NCBI GenBank assembly: GCA_013239625.1
Contig: MU053156.1
Location: 186,467-250,466 of the forward strand
Origin: Lama guanicoe
Taxonomy: Eukaryota
DNA length: 64,000 nt
Direction: 5' to 3'
Numbering within the stretch: the first letter of the stretch is position 1; each line of letters begins with the position of its first letter. The translations under genes and the position numbers were made by a program. This document shows, piece by piece, positions 61,634-64,000 of this stretch. The notes under the pieces are model-generated. The model did no database searches. It saw only the letters and a list, made by a program, of their open reading frames with translations, and was not told the DNA's origin.

Positions 61634-61729
61634 GTGCCTTAACTACGTCCTGGAGGAGCTGAAGCACGCCAGGGCTGCAGTGATGGTGGCCTCCCACAAC
61701 GAGGACACGGTGCGCTTCACGCTGCGCAG
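61634..61729 (+). CDS. PRODH: PRODH coding exon 12 (96 bp); remaining exons lie beyond the window
   Basis: ccccag|CLNYVLEELKHARAAVMVASHNEDTVRFTLR(R)|gtaggc. Contains the ASHN motif. Confidence 0.95.
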
Positions 61730-63177
61730 GTAGGCTCGGCCCCTCCGCCAGGTGCCCCATGGTCAGCAGGGCTAGGGTGAGTGCTGCCTGGAAGCATGTG
61801 CAGGCGGTAGGTTTTGAGGGGACATCTGTGGAAAGAGCTGGAGCTGTGGCTTTAGTGTCCCCAGAACCCCCCGTGCCTGGCTGGGCATCGTGCTGCAGTA
61901 GCAAAAAGGCTATTTGCAGTTACTTCTTTGGTTTTTATCATTAATACCTGACTTAATAAAGTTTCAAATTAAAAAATAAAATCCATTAGGTGATTTAAAT
62001 AGCGTGAAATGTTGGAGTCCCTTAGGAGGCCTCTGATTTGTCACCTCATTTGTAAACAATTCCTCTTAACGTTTTAAATTATGTTTGGAATTTAATATGG
62101 TCTCAGACAGAGAGGCAGGGTGAAGCAGTTCCTAAACATTCCAGTATTATCACCACGTTCTTTTATCTCATACATTAACCCAAACCGGACCACACCAGGG
62201 GCCCCAGCTCCCCTCCCCAGCCTCCACCTTCCTGCGGGTTTTGGCCCCACGGGAAGCCGGCAGCAGCGTCCTTACTGGCTCTCACCTTCCCCGCCCACAG
62301 CGGGCAGGCAGGGCTGCCTGGGGCGCTGACCCAGGTCGTCCTGAGCCACTGGGTAGCACGCTGCTTGTCCTACTTGAGCTCCCTCCTGCCCGGATAAGGC
62401 CTGCTGGGTTGGGGTCAGGCTGCTTCCATGTGGGGTGGGGCTGGAGGGGTCCGAGTGGCGTCCCAGCTGGGTGGACTGTTCTGTCTTCTTCCCTCCGTCC
62501 CTGGGCACCCCTCCCGCAGGCACTAGTCCCACCGTGGACGCCCCATCCTGTCCCTGGATGTGGGATGGCCAGGAACACCTTTTGTGCTCAGGGAAGATTA
62601 GTTCCGGTTTCTTTGTCTTTCGAAAAGTACAGGGTTGAGTTGCAGATTTTAAAAGCTGGCTTTGACTTAGGCTTAAAAACACAATTCTGAGATGGAACCT
62701 TGATGAGGCCAGTCTCTGGCGCCAGGTCCTTCACCAGAGGCTGTGCATGGAGCCCCCGCGCCTGCCCAGCAGCCATCGCCTTGGGTGTCGGTCATGAGCA
62801 CAGCTGCCTGTGGTTGCCACTCACGTTTTAGGCAGTGGTCAGTCCGCTCAGGCAGGGCACATTGGAGCTTCGGAAGGTACAAAGGAAACGGCCTTTCTCC
62901 TGGTTTCTGGATCTTGTCACTGGGAACATGTCTGTCCTCTCTGTCTTGGCCACAGTGGCCTCCTGCCCTGAACACTGTTACCTGGTCCTGAGGGCCAGCT
63001 GAGCGCTCCCCCTCCTTCTCTCATAGCCTCCACAGCCTGTGCCAGGCTCCACAAACACTGCTGTCCTGGAGGAGGTTCGGCCCCTGCAGAGCCCTGAACA
63101 GCCTGGGTGGACTTCCTGGAGAAAGCAGTGTGGGCCTCTTCCTGATGCCACACACCAGGGACCGCAGTCAGACAGCC

Positions 63178-63640
63178 TGTATTAGTTTGGCCGAGTAACA
63201 AACCAACCCAAAATTCAGAGGCCTGAACACAGGGTGGTCCGTGAACCAGCAGCATGGCTGCTTCTGCCAGTCTTGCCGGGGGTCCATCGGCATCTGTGGT
63301 CAGCTGGGGTCTGGTTGGGCCTAAGTAGACTCATTTGTGGCTGAGGCAGCAAAGGGCACTGCATTGCAGGTCTGGTGTCCAGGGCGCCAGCGCAAGCTTC
63401 TCCAGGTTGGTCTCAGGTTTCCAGAAGTCCTGAAGAGGGCAAGCCTCTGCCAAAGTCACATTCACTACTGTTCTGTTGGCCAAAGGAAGTCATGCCCAGC
63501 CCAGATACAGGCAGGCCGGATGGAGAGAGCCGCATCCCAGTGCTGGGAGAGGCTGCAGTCACGTGGCAGAGGGCGTGGACACTGGCCGGGGAGGAAGCAG
63601 CAGTGGGGAACGGTCGTTCCCTGCAGGACATTACACAACT
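63178..63640 (-). mobile_element. MLT1 (F-H class-like) MaLR LTR
   Basis: tgtattagtt...gtaacaaaccaacccaaaattcagaggcctgaacac...ttctgttggccaaaggaagtcatgcccagcccagatac...gctgcagtcacgtggcagagggcgtggacac resembles reverse-orientation MLT1. Confidence 0.7.
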
Positions 63641-64000
63641 GTCCTCACTACTGCCAGGCAGCTACTCGGTGGCAACCCTTCTCTCATGGGGTTCATGTCC
63701 TAGTGGGGGACAGAAGCATAGAAGCCGGATACCAGGGCAGTGCGGTAGAGACTGGGGCCGCAACACTGGAGCCCGGCTCTGGGGGAAGGAGGGGAAGGGT
63801 CTGTGGGATGACCCTCGTGTGGAGGTCCAGGGAGAGACGCGCTCAGTGCTCCCGGAGCCTGGGTCGGGGCCCTGAGACAGTGAGGAGATGGGCGGTGGGC
63901 CCCAGGGACGGGGACAGGAACGAAGAGGCCCAGCCTACAGCCTGGGTGGGTGTGAGGAGGACCCAGGCTGAACACGCCCTTGGAGGGTGGAAGGGTTTGG

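Noticed and set aside
47765-63000. Full p53 response element in PRODH introns
   Set aside because: Only isolated half-sites seen by eye (AGGCATGTCT near 50771, GAGCATGCTC at 54149, GAACATGTCT near 62923), with no paired decamers.
61730-64000. Remaining PRODH exons (MEELGL...; GQAG.PVYKY...)
   Set aside because: No matching sequence found. They are presumably beyond the window, so this is not evidence of pseudogenisation.
1-64000. CRISPR arrays, tRNA/rRNA genes, prokaryotic operon-type systems
   Set aside because: The window is spliced mammalian DNA. No repeat-spacer arrays or structured RNA genes were recognised.

Overview
GC-rich mammalian genomic DNA, probably a non-primate, non-rodent eutherian; the species cannot be fixed from this window. 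It is orthologous to the 22q11.2/DiGeorge region and holds two divergently transcribed genes. RTN4R (Nogo-66 receptor 1, minus strand) has a 22-nt coding exon 1 at 22564-22543 in a CpG island interrupted by a 114-N gap, a 21.35-kb intron, and the LRR-encoding exon 2 from 1192 running off the left edge. PRODH (proline dehydrogenase 1, plus strand) has 12 consecutive GT-AG coding exons from 47504 to 61729 (1511 nt, frame intact); its final exons lie beyond the right edge. The rest is intron or intergenic DNA with old eutherian repeats (HAL1, L1M, MLT1, MER58, MER20, MIR). Most ORFs in the supplied track are GC-rich noise. I see no evidence of a wholly new gene system. The best leads are: a 27-codon uORF whose stop overlaps the RTN4R start (ATGA); a non-primate counterpart of the MIR1286 locus that looks like a homeodomain-site element rather than a hairpin; three human PRODH variant residues present here as the genomic allele; two stop-free in-frame PRODH introns; an orphan NRF1/EGR CpG micro-island; and a pair of identical RFX X-boxes. 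Comparisons with human sequences and repeat consensuses are from memory and need alignment to confirm. Repeat boundaries are approximate.
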